The notes: generated by a model not told the origin, from the letters alone. Counted from the whole stretch's first letter, positions 12,422 to 24,803 are shown. The stretch is DNA of 58,635 nt, filler included, from Sphacelaria rigidula (GCA_964200075.2; 7 parts of 7 records of this genome joined end to end with filler, not necessarily neighbours in it), one strand, 5' to 3'. Made by a program: numbers and translations.

Positions 12422-13026
12422 TGTAATGCGGGGGAGAATGGCGTGCTTACGGGGACGGCATCGTAGTCCAAAACTCCTCAGGATCGACGTTCTCCAAAAC
12501 CAATCGAACCAATATTTCAATATTTGCAGGGGCCACGCCCCTAAGCCTAACCAACACTCACCCTCACCCTAACTGTAATGCGTGAGAGATCCGCGTGCTT
12601 AGAGGACCGCGCCGCAGTTCAAAATACCTCAGGATCGACGTATTTCAAAACCGATCGGGTCAGTCCCTGCAGGTACCACGCCCCCGACCCTAACCCCAAC
12701 ACTAACCCTAACCCTAACCCTAACCACAGGGGTGTACAAATTCCGATGCGGTCCTCTTGTAATGCGTGAGAGGACCGCGTGCTTAGAGGACCGGGCCGTG
12801 ATTGAAAACACCTCAGGATCGACGTTTTTCAAAATTAATCGGGTCATTCCCTGGGAGTACCGCGCCCCTGACCATAACCCTAACACTAGCCCTAACCCTT
12901 ACCCTCACCATAGTGATGTTCAAATTCCGATGCGGTCCTCTCACGCATTACACTAACCTCAACCGCCGTAGGGGTGTTAAAATTCTGATGTGGTCCCCAG
13001 AGTAGGCGGTCCTGCCACGCATTACA
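12422..13026 (+). mobile_element. Nested cluster of three TGT...ACA telomere-motif MITEs
   Basis: The outer degenerate copy (12422-13026) is interrupted in its CCCTAA tract by a copy starting at 12574. A further copy starts at 12758 and the inner block ends at 12952. Confidence 0.85.
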
Positions 13027-13360
13027 GATACCGTAGTCTCAAAGACTCCTAGCTTGCCCATGACATGTTCAGGCGCCAATTTAGGGTCTACCAACGCACG
13101 CTTCTCCTCGAGTATAATTTTCGCACTGCTGCTACCGGAGGGTTCTCGTATGCTTTGGGTGAGGTTTAGGGTCAGGGTTACAGTAGTAGCGGTACTGTAA
13201 TCGTTACCGTGTGCCTTAAATTAAAATGATGAATTTCTATATCGTTCCGTCAACCATTGCGCTCCGTATACGACGAGTCTAGGGCATCTGTTGGGTCAGC
13301 ATACACTTCACTTCAACAAAATGTGCATAATCCAGAAACACGACTCTGGGGTGTAATGCG

Positions 13361-13635
13361 TAACCGTTTGAACGCCAGGGTAGAACACCCGTTCAATCGG
13401 CATCAATATTAACTTGAAACGTATGCATGATCCATATGGAGTAACCACCCCGCGGTCCAAGGGTCGTCACGGGAAACAAAACGATTTTCACTGGAAAACG
13501 TGTGCATGATCCCGGTCGACTAACCCTTAGACCGCGGGGCGCTTAGTTGATCTGGATCATACTGTACATGCCTTTTCAGGTTAATGTTTATTACGTCGAT
13601 TCAGCAGGTGATCTGCCCTCGCGGGCTAAGGGTCA
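13361..13635. mobile_element. Degenerate palindromic MITE (related sequence at ~17230-17440)
   Basis: Imperfect inverted arms (aatcg...attaacttgaaa...gcatgatcca versus tggatcat...catgccttttcaggttaat...cgatt) and internal ccgcggt motifs. Confidence 0.55.
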
Positions 13636-13888
13636 AGACCAATACGCTACCCAGTGGATCTGTAGCCCGTATGTACGCCGATACACGATACAGTGGTGGT
13701 AGTGGCAAGTCGTTCAACCGACCGTGAACGGATCACACAAACATATTTTATCTCGACGTTTCTTGACTTGTTGTCGTTTTCCTTGGTACATTCATTCATT
13801 GCTGTATTTATTGTATGAAGCGTGTTGCTGTATCACTTGGTGGGGTGCCGATGTTTTACCTTCACTGTATCCGCGAGTGATGTACCAC

Positions 13889-14128
13889 TGTAATGCGTGA
13901 GAGGACCGCGTGCTTAAAGAACCGTGCCGTAGTTTAAAATACCTCAGGATCGACGTTTTTCGAACCAATCGGGTCAGTCCTTGCAGGTACCACGCCCCCG
14001 AGCCTAACCCCAACACTGACACTAACCCTAACCCTAACCCTAACCATATAACCATAGGGATGTTTAACCATAGGGATGTTTATATTCCGATGCGGTCCGC
14101 TAAGCACGCGGTCCTCTCACGCATTACA
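13889..14128 (+). mobile_element. Ginger-like MITE carrying (CCCTAA)n, copy A
   Basis: 28-bp perfect TIR TGTAATGCGTGAGAGGACCGCGTGCTTA, internal CCCTAA repeats, flanks CCAC / GCGG. Confidence 0.9.
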
Positions 14129-14357
14129 GCGGCAAGTTTAAGCATCCTCTCTCTCGCACAAACAAGTGGTTAACCAACATTGTGCAGCCTCTGCGAGCTC
14201 TCTTGTCAGAGCTGGGTTTACAAGTTGAACCGATTGTTCCTGTCTACTGGACGGTTGAACACTGTGTATCTTATACACAACCCATGATAGCCAATTGCAT
14301 TCCAACAGGTTTATCAGCCTCGCGTAACATTAGGCATATATCGTGGAAAATATTGAA

Positions 14358-14613
14358 GTCATGCTACGATAGGCGGGGGGGTATTTTGGGCCGCTTTCTT
14401 CAACAAAATTTCACTTCAACCGCCGGTTAAAGCAGCCAACAGTTGTTTGAATGCATGCTCCCGATAAATAACGCTCATTCATACGGCTTTGCACCGCTTT
14501 GACCCGAATACAAGCGCACCGCGAGTGTTTTAGATCGTTTGACGCATTTGTGAGCACATTGCTTCGTGGAATCGGACCCCCCCCCCCCCCCCCCCCCCCC
14601 ATCGTAGCATGGC
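14358..14613. mobile_element. MITE with G-run/C-run TIRs (host of poly-C LINE insertions elsewhere); this copy is empty
   Basis: gtcatgctacgataggcggggggg ... C24-atcgtagcatggc. Homologous bodies occur at ~37245-37805 and ~50430-50655. Confidence 0.75.
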
Positions 14614-15385
14614 TCATTGGCCAATCCAATCAGAGTGCGCACTCGCCGCGACTAAGCGGAAGGGTTCGAACCATGATTTGAAAAACAAAATACATCCGCA
14701 TTCCGCGCAGGTACTGTAGTGCGCCTTACACCAGCAAACAGATCAGTGCACATGGTGGATACTACAAGCACTATCGCCGCAGTGTGTCTCGGCGTCGTGG
14801 TGGCGCATCCATCAGGCGAATGCTGCACGTACAAGCCGCAAGGGTGCGAGCCTCAGCCGCAACGTTCCCGCTCGGCTGACAAGGAGGACCAAGCGGAGGT
14901 CAGCCACAGCCATAAACACAAGTAATAATGTTCACCTTGAGTAGGAGGGAACGAGTGGGTGGTAACTATACCTGCGGGTCGACAACGATGCAAGACAAAA
15001 ACGCGTACTGAATGATAGCGCTCTGATCGACGGCAAATCACGGTAGTATATCCTTGCATCGTTGCTTCTATGACGACGAAGGCATTCAGCGTATTAGCTG
15101 GTTGATTCAAAGCTTGGGGTCCCGATCGTGACACCATCATCAGTGTTATGCCAGACGCAGCGCCTCCTGGATATGCCGGTAAAAATATACATGCTGGTGT
15201 GCACATTCAAGCAGCTCGCGCCGAAGACGTCGGTGTGGTAAATACTAGCACTGCTACGGTTGGGGGAAAATGTGTCCGAAATCCGGGGGGGGGGGGGCTA
15301 ACCTGCCATAAGCCCGCAGCTGCCACGAATAATGTTTTCACAGCGAATGAGCGCTGGGGTGGCGTGTCTCAAATTCACGGGGTGG

Positions 15386-15578
15386 TGTAATGCGTTAGAG
15401 GACCCCGTGCTTAGAAGACCACATCGGAATTTGGACACCCCTGTGGTTAGTGGTGGGGTTAGGATCAGGGGCGTGGTACCTGCAGGGACTGGCCCGATTG
15501 GTTTCGAAAAACGTCGACCCTGGGGTGTTTCGGACTACGGCGCGGTCCTCTAAGCACGCGGTCCTCTCACGCATTACA
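15386..15578 (-). mobile_element. Ginger-like MITE, copy B (opposite orientation to A)
   Basis: TGTAATGCG...CGCATTACA termini, internal GGTTAG motifs, flanks GTGG / CCGC. Confidence 0.9.
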
Positions 15579-15849
15579 CCGCTTCACCTGGGCATTACGA
15601 GTACTCAAATTAAACACATAAAACACTTGGTTCCTTACTAACACAGAAATATTTCGAGCTGTCGTTTTTCTGTTCCTTTCTTTCTTTATCGTATATTTTT
15701 TATAATTATGTTCCATTTTTGCTGCTCCTGACCACGGGCTGGATTGTTGCAATCAGCTAATATGAGATAATCAATCAATCAACCGATCAATCATCTTTCG
15801 AGCAATCCTGGGTCTAAGTAACACGTAACGAAGCATGCTGGAAACATAC

Positions 15850-16005
15850 TTCTTTGGAATAGCCATCGAGTTGTCGAGCGCCTCTTGTTGAGTATCTGAA
15901 AGAGACTTCATACTGTTGCGCCGGTGACGACCACCGTCAGCGAAACGATCCAATGCGGGGGCAGACGCCAACGATATTTGAAACGCAGCATCATTCAGCA
16001 GTCTG
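15850..16005 (-). CDS. Putative internal exon, unknown protein (RLLNDAAFQISLASAPALDRF...DNSMAIPK)
   Basis: Open frame bounded by a CAG acceptor and a strong GTATGT donor. Confidence 0.45.
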
Positions 16006-18999
16006 CTGGGATATACCATCACCACAGTACAGCATCACCACAGTACAGTCGATAAAATGGATGCCCCAAAATAAAGCTGCAGACACACACGACGGGTGTA
16101 AGGGTTAGTCCCACGCTTGGGATTGTTTCGCCGGTAGTGCCCATGCGAGGCGCTTCACTCAGTCTGAACCAGCTACCGCGCCTTGTATGACCACCTCCGC
16201 CGTGGCTGTATTGAGAACGGGTTTCGCGGCGAGGCTGTCGAACACTACTACTGTAGTGCAACGCGCTCCCGACATCCGAGCCGTTTCTTTTTCTTTAGAA
16301 CTGGCATCATCAGCTTTGGTTCGAATATCCCTCCTGACGATCCCAACCGGGGTCTGATCCAGTGGCGGAAAGCGATGGCACCCTGCCCCTCGGATAGGAT
16401 TTGTGACCACCCCAGCGTTACAATTAGACTCCAGGGGAAGTCCTGAAATTACGGATGGTTTTCTTGAAAAGTAGTCGTTCATTGTTACGAGTATAAAGCG
16501 TTCAAGAAAGGAAATTTCGATTGTGAATAATGGAAGATGTACCACAGTACGCCCATCTACTATTCTACATCTTTTACTCCGAGCGATCTTCCCCAAATAC
16601 CCCCACAGTGTAAGGGCTGAATCTTGTACTCAGCGCGCGGGTCTGTATGAAATAGAGGTCGTGGACCTGTGTTGTTGTTCTTNNNNNNNNNNNNNNNNNN
16701 NNNNNNNNNNNNNNNNNNNNNNNNNNTTAATTAATTAANNNNNNNNNNNNNNNNNNNNNNNNNNNNNNNNNNNNNNNNNNNNAGAGTCCGGCAATCAGAC
16801 CCGCAACTCCACCTACACAATGTCCCTAACCTTCGGTAACAATGGTGGCTAGAGTCTACAGACCCCAGATCGGCGCCGCCAATTTCAACGAAAACGCGTT
16901 CTGCGCACCCGAGGAGCACACGGGACTGTCAGCCCTACTATATTTCCGATTCTCGTTGTATACACTCAAATCAAGTAATATCAACCATGAACACTTGTAG
17001 CCCAACGTCGGTAACTGAAGCCAGGAAGCTGAACCATTTGGGGGGGGGGGGATGCGGATTGAAATCGAGCCAACATGATGTGCTCAACATGCGACAGAGC
17101 CATATGTACTGATGAACTTCAACGAGGACGGCCCTACACAGGAGTGGAGTACAACTACTTACCGGGTGTGCGATGTGGGCTGGGCGGGTGCTGATCCACC
17201 ACCTCGTCATGTTTTGAGGAGCTGGATTTATCGGTTGCCATCATTCCACAGCTTTTAGCGGATGAATGGCCTTGTGCAAGTGTATTTTTTGTTCCGTAGG
17301 CATGGCTTTTCATTTCATTAATATTACGTCAATCAACCCTTCGACCGCGACGGTTGGTCACATGCTGAATCGGCATCATTTTTCACTTGAAAAAAGTATG
17401 CATGGTCCAGATGGACTACCCTCGCGGTCTAGGGGTTAATCGGCCTCCAAGGATATTGTGTCGCAATAGGGAATGAAAACAAACGGTTGTCGGTCACCCA
17501 CCAGTGCCGATACAACAGATGCGTCTTTTAGGATGAGTGAGTCCACTGAGAGATATGGATGGTGCTTCGGTGCCATGTGACTTGAGCGAAAGTGGGCCGA
17601 CGACTTCATATTGTCTTTTGTGTCGTCTTGACGCAGTATACTTTACCATTCGGGAGGGTAAGTTGGTCCATCTTGATCTTAGTGTGCAAACCGAAATCCG
17701 GATCTTTCATGGAGGCTGTGCTTCTGGCATGCTCCTACCGTGCCCAGAACGCGTTTTTGTCAAAATCGGCGCCTGGGGCGCCGATTTAAAGTCTGGCAAC
17801 GCACCCCTCGCCCAGGGAACAAGTTGCACCCCCCTTGCGCGAGGGTTCTCGGTGTGCTTTCGTTGTGGTTAGGGTTAGTCTTGGTGTTATAATTTATTCT
17901 CTTCGGTACTGCGAGGTCGCGAAGATGATTAATGTTTCTGGGGGTTCGATCGAAGGTTCAAATTTTACACTTGTCGAATATTCCACGTATCCGATGTATC
18001 AACCATCTGCACTATCAGCACTCACTCATTGGTGTAATCTATTCTGAGGCCGTTGCACAGGGGTGAGATGTTCGCGTTTTGTGGACACCGGCGTGGGTTG
18101 GAGGCGCTTGTTTGCGATCATAGCCCAAACTGGTTGGCCGATTACTCATCGCCAAGGCCATCGATTGAGATGCGACTTTTTGCAGCATCTGCGCCGGGGA
18201 CGACAGCTACACCTTGACCGGATGACTTTTTTTAAATTTCATCAGGATGCGAGTTTTGTAACGAGTTCAGTGGAAAAAAGCGAAGATTTTCCGCGATTTT
18301 CTTGATCACCGTAACTTCTTTGGTAAAACCATCTACAATAGTCAGACTGTAGCTTGAACAAATACACGCCGGTGAGTAGCCGGGCTACGCCGTGGTTCGT
18401 ACTCTGGAACGAAAAAAACTTCGACGTCGTGAAATGGGAATCCCACTCAAATCACGGGTACTTTGTGGGATTTTACGGCGCGCATAATCAGGGGATGAAC
18501 GACATCTCCGCTCTGTTCGTGTTTTTGGTCGGTGACGCGTTTTTGGCTCATTTTGGGGGGTCAGGCGCGTCCATAACTGTCCGCATGGTCGTCTTTTTCA
18601 GACGCTGCCAAGCATCCAAAATATTCCCTTTTTTCTCGAGTTGTTTCCTTGTTTTCGTACCATAAGAAATGGTTCACATCAATTGACCACGTGCGGTCCT
18701 TGTGCCAATCGACCATTAGATGAATGAAGCAAACACTCGTCCGTTTTTGGACAAAATGGGGCAGTTCTTTGACTAGTAATTTTGAAGACAGGTGTACCAC
18801 AACTCTTCATGCAGAAACCTGCTGCTTGCCTGATTTCGTACCAACGCCATTGACTGAAAGTGTGCTTTTCTTGCTGCGGTCAGTGAACTGCAGCTACCTT
18901 CGGAGGTTCCAGACGTCGAGCGTGAGTGCCTGTAGATGCCCAGGTATACCCTGAAACGTCGAGCACACGTTGCTCAAGGTGGGATCTCGTAACCCTTGG

Positions 19000-19262
19000 A
19001 GTTTTTCGAGGGTGTGTTGGGTAGGGTAAATACCCGGGTGTTTACTCCCCGAAATTTTGTATTGCTATGGTCCGACCTCTAAACTCTACCGAATATTGAG
19101 TATATGGTTAGATAGGGTGGCAATACTCCACCCAATATCTAGTTACTGTTGAGTACGATCTCAATATCTAACCAAATTTTGGGTGCTTTGAGTACGATTT
19201 TTCAACAGGGTATTCCCCGATTGTGGGAAATACCCTGACCAACACGCCCTCGAAGGTTTTCC
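19000..19262. mobile_element. Degenerate MITE
   Basis: Inverted arms ttcgagggtgtgttgggtagggta / taccctgaccaacacgccctcgaa. Confidence 0.6.
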
Positions 19263-20008
19263 TGAATGGTGTCCCACCTTTCCGTGCCGGATTGTCGCCG
19301 CAAAAACTGAAGGTGGTATTCTCGATCTGTCTGGTACAGTGGGTAGGTAGTCAAATGATGTGCCGGGTACGTCGAGCCCAAAATAGACGGATCTGTACCC
19401 GTCGGGCATAAGATCGGTAGAAGTAGCAAGTAGAAAACACGATCCTAAAGTACCGGCACACCCGATTATGTCATGTGGAGGGAGGGCGCATGCGTGCATG
19501 CCGGGTGTACAATTTCACACGCATCATACGAGATTCCAAAAGAGAAAAAAAAAAAAACATGGGTTTATGGTTTTACTGCATGATCACCTCCGGAAGGCGA
19601 AAATGATATGGGTGAGGACCCACTGTCAGAGAAGAGGTTCCCAGAGTGACACCGACTCTTTTTTTCTGAGCGAGCAAGTGGCACAAGAGGCGAATATTGT
19701 CTTGGAGGCACTGGTCAAGATACATCGAACTGTTGACTGGCGCCTTAGAGAGGGGGAGACAGAGACAGACAGACGGGCAGAGAGGGCGTTGTTAGGGTCG
19801 AGAGTACTTCTGGTATTTTTGCCATTATTCTTATTTTTATTTTTTGTCTCACTCCTAACCCCACCCCTTCCTCGGGACGAGTCCGTGATCACAACGGGAT
19901 CAACCCGTCTCTCCCCCGGCCAAGTGATTTTGGTTGTGCCTAATCATTTCACCACCGGGACATCCACCAGTAAAAACAGAATATGTATTTGCAATATACA
20001 CATATGAC

Positions 20009-20195
20009 CAGTGTTGTGAACCGAAGCTGAAAATGGCTCGATCGGCTTTTCGTTTTTTTTCGAAAAAGTCGGTCGGTTTCGGTCTCTTTTTTTTTGTAAA
20101 CCGAAAAAAACCGGAACCGAAACAGAGCACTTCTCGGTCGTTTTTTCGATGAAACTGAAAAAAACAAATATTTTTTCGAATTTTCGAAGAGCTCG
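20009..20195 (+). mobile_element. Isolated end of an hAT-like element
   Basis: Starts CAGTGTTGTGAACCGAA, followed by multiple AACCG/CGGT subterminal motifs. No partner end was found. Confidence 0.5.
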
Positions 20196-20811
20196 TTGCG
20201 CAATGCGAGCGGTTGGCATTATTATGTGACGAGTGACGAGATGGATCGTATGATAGCGGTGTCCAGTGGCCTTCCTGCCTATACCTCCGGCCGCTGCGCC
20301 AGATGATATGCACACTCGACACTACTGTAGTCTAGATATTGTGTAGATACAACTTCCGACATATGTGTCATAAGGCGTCAAATTCCTCGAAGCTGGAAAT
20401 TGTTCAAAGGGGGATGTGAGATGTGAGATGTGAGCACGAATAAGCACTTTGTAGGCCGAAGGTATTCCAAGTACTGGATGTAGAGTTTGTGCGAGAAAAT
20501 ACGGTGTGTATGGAAATTGCAGCAGCGTCGTACACTGAACTACAGATGGAAGCCTTCCTCTATATTTTCGTGTTGAGCGTTGCTCGACTATCTTGAGATC
20601 TGCAAACGATGCTGTATTTGGTCACATCGAACGGCAGTTTTTCATCAGAAAAAACTTGGAGGCGGCCACGAAACAGCAATACTGTATAAGAACTGAAAAC
20701 AGTCGCCGATACATGACTCATGTCTTCGTGGTGGTGTTACAGTACAATATCGTGGCCGCAGCACGCGTGTCCTTCTCCTCTAAAAATCACCCCTCCTTCG
20801 AGGTGTGCCAG

Positions 20812-21038
20812 GAGTCTTTCTACGCTGGCCCCCCTCCAAAGCCACGAAGAAAATGGCAATACAGCTCCTGGTGTTTGGTTTCAGGATGACTTTAACACCT
20901 CATGTGGGCAACATTGGCGGAAACAATTTCAAGCGTGGGAATTCCCAGTTGTCCGTTGTGCTCGGCTTTTTTCATTTCGATTTACGTGTGCATTTTGCTC
21001 CCCTAAACCAGCTACCTTTGGGGTGGGGGCTATCGAAG
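20812..21038. mobile_element. Copy of the 55158-55408 MITE family (others at 22735-22970, 25558-25806, ~16060-16240, 52960-53209)
   Basis: Shared core gcgcctcatattggcgacattgg...aagcgtgggaattccc...tgtgctcggctttt...tttcgatt and gatagccccc / gggggctatc ends. Confidence 0.75.
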
Positions 21039-21039
21039 A

Positions 21040-21426
21040 AGGACTCCCAGTAGTCGAGAGGAGGAAGTAGATGTGCAGAATTGCCCCTTTGGCGAAGCGA
21101 TAGAGAGCAAAACTCATATAATGGCACAGTGTGAACTGTACAAGGACGAACAGGACGTGTTAGAGGTGGCATGAAATCGTTTGATACATTAGACAGTGGC
21201 GAGAAAACGATCACTATATTGTACCAGGAGATAGACGGTGGCCACAGACGATGACACGAAAGGAATGAGATACGTAAAAGCCATTTGTGTAATGTATGGA
21301 AGAAACGTAATGAGCGCCCTAATGTTGAATGTTCTCTTGGAGACGGTTCTTCATCTCGGAACGGATGCGTGGTCAATAGTCAAGCGACTAAGGCAAGCAG
21401 CAAATGAGTACTCCCTCCCCGCCCCC
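21040..21426 (+). mobile_element. 5'-truncated LINE 3' end (ORF2 C-terminal zinc-knuckle region) ending in a C-run
   Basis: Decayed frame NCPFGEAIESKTHIMAQCELYKDEQDVLE...FDTLDSGEKTITIL..GDRRWPQT. Ends ggatgcgtggtcaatagtcaagcgactaaggcaagcagcaaatgagtac followed by a C-rich run. Confidence 0.75.
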
Positions 21427-21509
21427 TTCGCGTACACGCGTGACGGTGCTGTTTCACCATCTGAGGACAGGCTCAAGATGATATGGTGGCGTTCTCCATC
21501 GCGCATCAG

Positions 21510-21602
21510 GCGATCTCTCACGAAGCAGTGCTGTCCCCGAAGCACGAAGGCGTTGTGCGCGTGAGAGAGCTCTTAGCACAAGCGTTGGCGGCACAGATTG
21601 AG
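21510..21602 (+). CDS. Putative internal exon (AISHEAVLSPKHEGVVRVRELLAQALAAQIE), unknown protein
   Basis: CAG acceptor, GAG|GTAC donor, 93 nt, phase 0-0. Compatible with the exon at 23748-23858. Confidence 0.55.
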
Positions 21603-23249
21603 GTACCGGTCTTGAAAACGAAGGATTTTCTTCTTGGATTTTTTTTCCGCCGTGAAAACGATCCTGCTCATGTTCGATTCATGTGTGGATTTGTTCATTT
21701 GTTGCTTGTAGCAGGAACTGCTCCGTCGGCATGAGTCCAGCCGTGGTTGATCATGAGATATGAACAGAAATCCTCGCCTTGTGTAGTGAGTCAAGTCCTG
21801 TGCGCGACGATTTTGTCGTGGTTGTTGCTACGTCACTGTGCTGGACCTCTAAGAAGGACACATTGGAGCTTTTATTTCCCAAAGTGTCCCTCACAGGGTA
21901 AGGGTTAGCTACGAGTTCGAGAAAAATGAAACGAATCAAAGTTCAAATCACCCTCCCGTGGGAGAGGGGTTGGTCACGTCACGGTAGATCTTGCGCGACG
22001 GTCAAAACGCGTGGATCCCCGGAGACTGGAGAAATGCCTTGAGAGGGGCGTGACATCAAATCGAAAAACAAAGGCTCTTTTTCTGTGAGAGCCCCCCCCC
22101 CCCTCCCACATATTTCCCCGCAGAGAAAGAAATATGGTGAATGAGGCGAACCGTTCATATGCTCCCTTTTTTTTTCGTGCGCAGAGTCGGCTGAAGGCGT
22201 GGTATTGATAGCCACCGTTTCAATTTTCGTGCGATTTGAGGTGACAGTCGATAACTTGATTTTTCGAGGCCTTTGGTATTTCGGGACACGACTTGATTCC
22301 CGCGTGATTTTATTATGTGAGGAGGTAAATCCATTGTTTTCGAAGATCTTGGGTGCCAGGTGTCTCAGGTCGACCTTCCATGCACTCTACGAAGCGATGT
22401 CAGAGGTGTACTTCCTCCTGTGTTGAAGGCTTGTGATCTCCGTCGTACGCCGTATCCGCCGTCTGTAACCCAATAACAGAGTTTGACTGTACAACACCAA
22501 CACAGTCAACTAATGACAAACATTTTTTCTTTGAAGGACTAAGACACAAAACAAAAGTCCATAAGAAAACTGCAGTTAATGTATAAATCAACAAATAGAA
22601 AAACATGGATAGATCAGGGCGGGTGATGTCTTCCTCATATCTTGGGTCGCAAACTCACCTGGTTACCATGCTTGAGCAACCCGATTGGTATCTCGGGTCG
22701 CACTACCACTGAATATCATGCCCGAATAAGGTGATACCGCGATAGCCCCCCCTCCCCCCAAACCAGCCCAAAAACTGTCGCGAAGAGAATGATGATAAAG
22801 AATGACAGCTGGTTTCAGATTGCATGAAGCGCCTCATATTGGCGACATTGGCGACAACGATTCTAAGTGTGGGAGTCCCTAACTACTCGGTGTGCTCAAC
22901 TTTTGTCATTCTGGTCTCCATGTACATTTTGCCTCCTCGAACGAACCACTTTTCTGAGGGGAAGTATCGCGTCATCAGTCCGCAGTCCACACAAAGGTGT
23001 ATCCAAGAGACAGACAGACAGAGGAGGCTTGACGACCACGTTGGAGACCCCATATGGGGTTGGCGTCAGTTGGCAACGACGCTGTACAACACGCCACTCA
23101 CTGCTTGAGCCAGGCAACCAGGTTACCGCTTCGTTTTTGCGCGCTTGCGTTTCTGCGGTAACCATGATGGTGGTCGAGCTAGATCATATTGTGCGGGGTG
23201 GGAGAACCTCGATTCCGCGCAAAGGGGATGGTCACAATACGTAGTGTTC

Positions 23250-23706
23250 GAATGGTGAGACATCTATGGGGCAGTGTGTAAGCCCTGCCTGTCTCTGAAA
23301 GTGGCAATACCAGGAAATGAAACAACTCATCGGAGGCTGCCATCCATACGCAAGAGAATCAATACTTCGGGCCGAACTCGCCGAACACATGACGGCGCTT
23401 CGCGCTTGGCGACTGATTGCGAGCCTGATCCAGTGAAACCCCGTCGTGCTCCATTCCGGCTTTGTAGGGATGCAAGGTCAATGGTCTGATGACTGTGGCA
23501 TGCAATATAATGAGTAACCCTCCCCTGCACCACCTCCGCGCCCCCGCCCCCCCACACCCCAGCCGACGCCGGGGGTTGTTTCNNNNNNNNNNCCCCGCCG
23601 TGCCCCCTTCCGGTTTTGTAGGAATGCAAGGTAAAGGGTCTGATCACTGGGGCACGCAAAAAAATGATTCCCCCCCCCCCCCCCCCGCCCCCGCCCCCGC
23701 CTCCCT
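23250..23706 (+). mobile_element. Two tandem 3' fragments of poly(C)-ended retroposon subfamily B
   Basis: ttccgg(c/t)tttgtagg(g/a)atgcaaggt...tga followed by a C-run occurs twice (ends at ~23520-23560 and ~23669-23706). The upstream body matches 33225-33464. Confidence 0.75.
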
Positions 23707-23747
23707 TCCCTAACGTCCCGCGTATTGATTGTATCGTCGTGTTCCAG

Positions 23748-23858
23748 GAGGACTCGGCGCGTGGCTTTCGTGGTGACGATGACAGCGTCCTTCGGCTTTC
23801 GAGTGCCGATATGGCTCAATTGCGACAGGAGATCGATTCCCTTCGAAAAAGAGTGTAA
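23748..23858 (+). CDS. Putative terminal exon (EDSARGFRGDDDSVLRLSSADMAQLRQEIDSLRKRV*), coiled-coil-like C-terminus
   Basis: TTCCAG acceptor, open phase-0 frame to TAA. Confidence 0.55.
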   Translation, partial: EDSARGFRGDDDSVLRLSSADMAQLRQEIDSLRKRV

Positions 23859-24582
23859 CGTGTTATCATTCACTGGGCTCGTACTACTATGATACCGATG
23901 CTTTTTTTACTCCATGTTTATGTTGGCTTTAGTAAATGTGCGTAGTTTTGTCCAGGATTTTTAGCAAGTGGTGGGCGTACGAATAGAGGCCTCGTTTTGT
24001 ACGTTGTGACTGTAGTGTAGGTAGTATCATCGTGCATGCATGATGCTGTCGTTGTGCACGCGAGGCTCGACCAGTGAGTGCCAAAAAGACTTGAAGCTTT
24101 CGAAATTGGTGCACCAACATGCACAGAGCACAACCGCTCGAGAATATGCTAATTTTCCATGTTGACGTTACCTGCAGGGGAGGGGGGGCGTGCTCTCTAT
24201 CCTCATGTCTCTGCCCTTGGGACACATTTCTTTCGTAATCTCCCGTGTAAAGTATATGATTCCGTAGATCTCGTGGCGAGGAGGTCGTGTGTGCACGTAC
24301 CTGCACGTATGTGTAAGTTCGATAGAACAAAGTGGAGTGTTTTTCGATGTGCCTTGCGGTGCGGGAGAGAGGTTTACTGTACCCGTACGGCGCACGAATT
24401 TCAGCGTTGCTTTTGCACTGGGTGCTCATGAGTGATGCGTGCGTGGGTGTCGGAATATTTCCAAAAAAAACAGAGGCCAGCCGGCGTGTGCCATTCATCT
24501 CGCACCAGGCTTCAGTCCTACTTGTTGTATGTAGTCAGGCTTTTTTCGGAGAGTGCATTACAAGTAAGTCATACGTACTCAT

Positions 24583-24803
24583 CAGAGGAGATATTCGGAA
24601 AACACTTTTTTTTTTGTCATTTCAGAGTGCCAATATCTCAGTATCAGAGAGAAAAATTAAATAATGAATGAAAAACTCATCGAAAATAAGTCGAGGGGAT
24701 GATACCACATTTGACGGAGGGGGAAATAATTTTTCGTTACACTCTCATCCGGAGATATTTGCACTCTGAATTGACAAAAAAAAGTGCTTTTCGAAACTCT
24801 CTG
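24583..24803. mobile_element. Small MITE
   Basis: Inverted arms cacttttttttttgtcatttcagagtgccaatatctc / gagatatttgcactctgaattgacaaaaaaaagtg. Confidence 0.7.

Noticed and set aside
12541-14050. True telomere or chromosome end
   Set aside because: The CCCTAA tracts are short, degenerate and internal to TIR elements.
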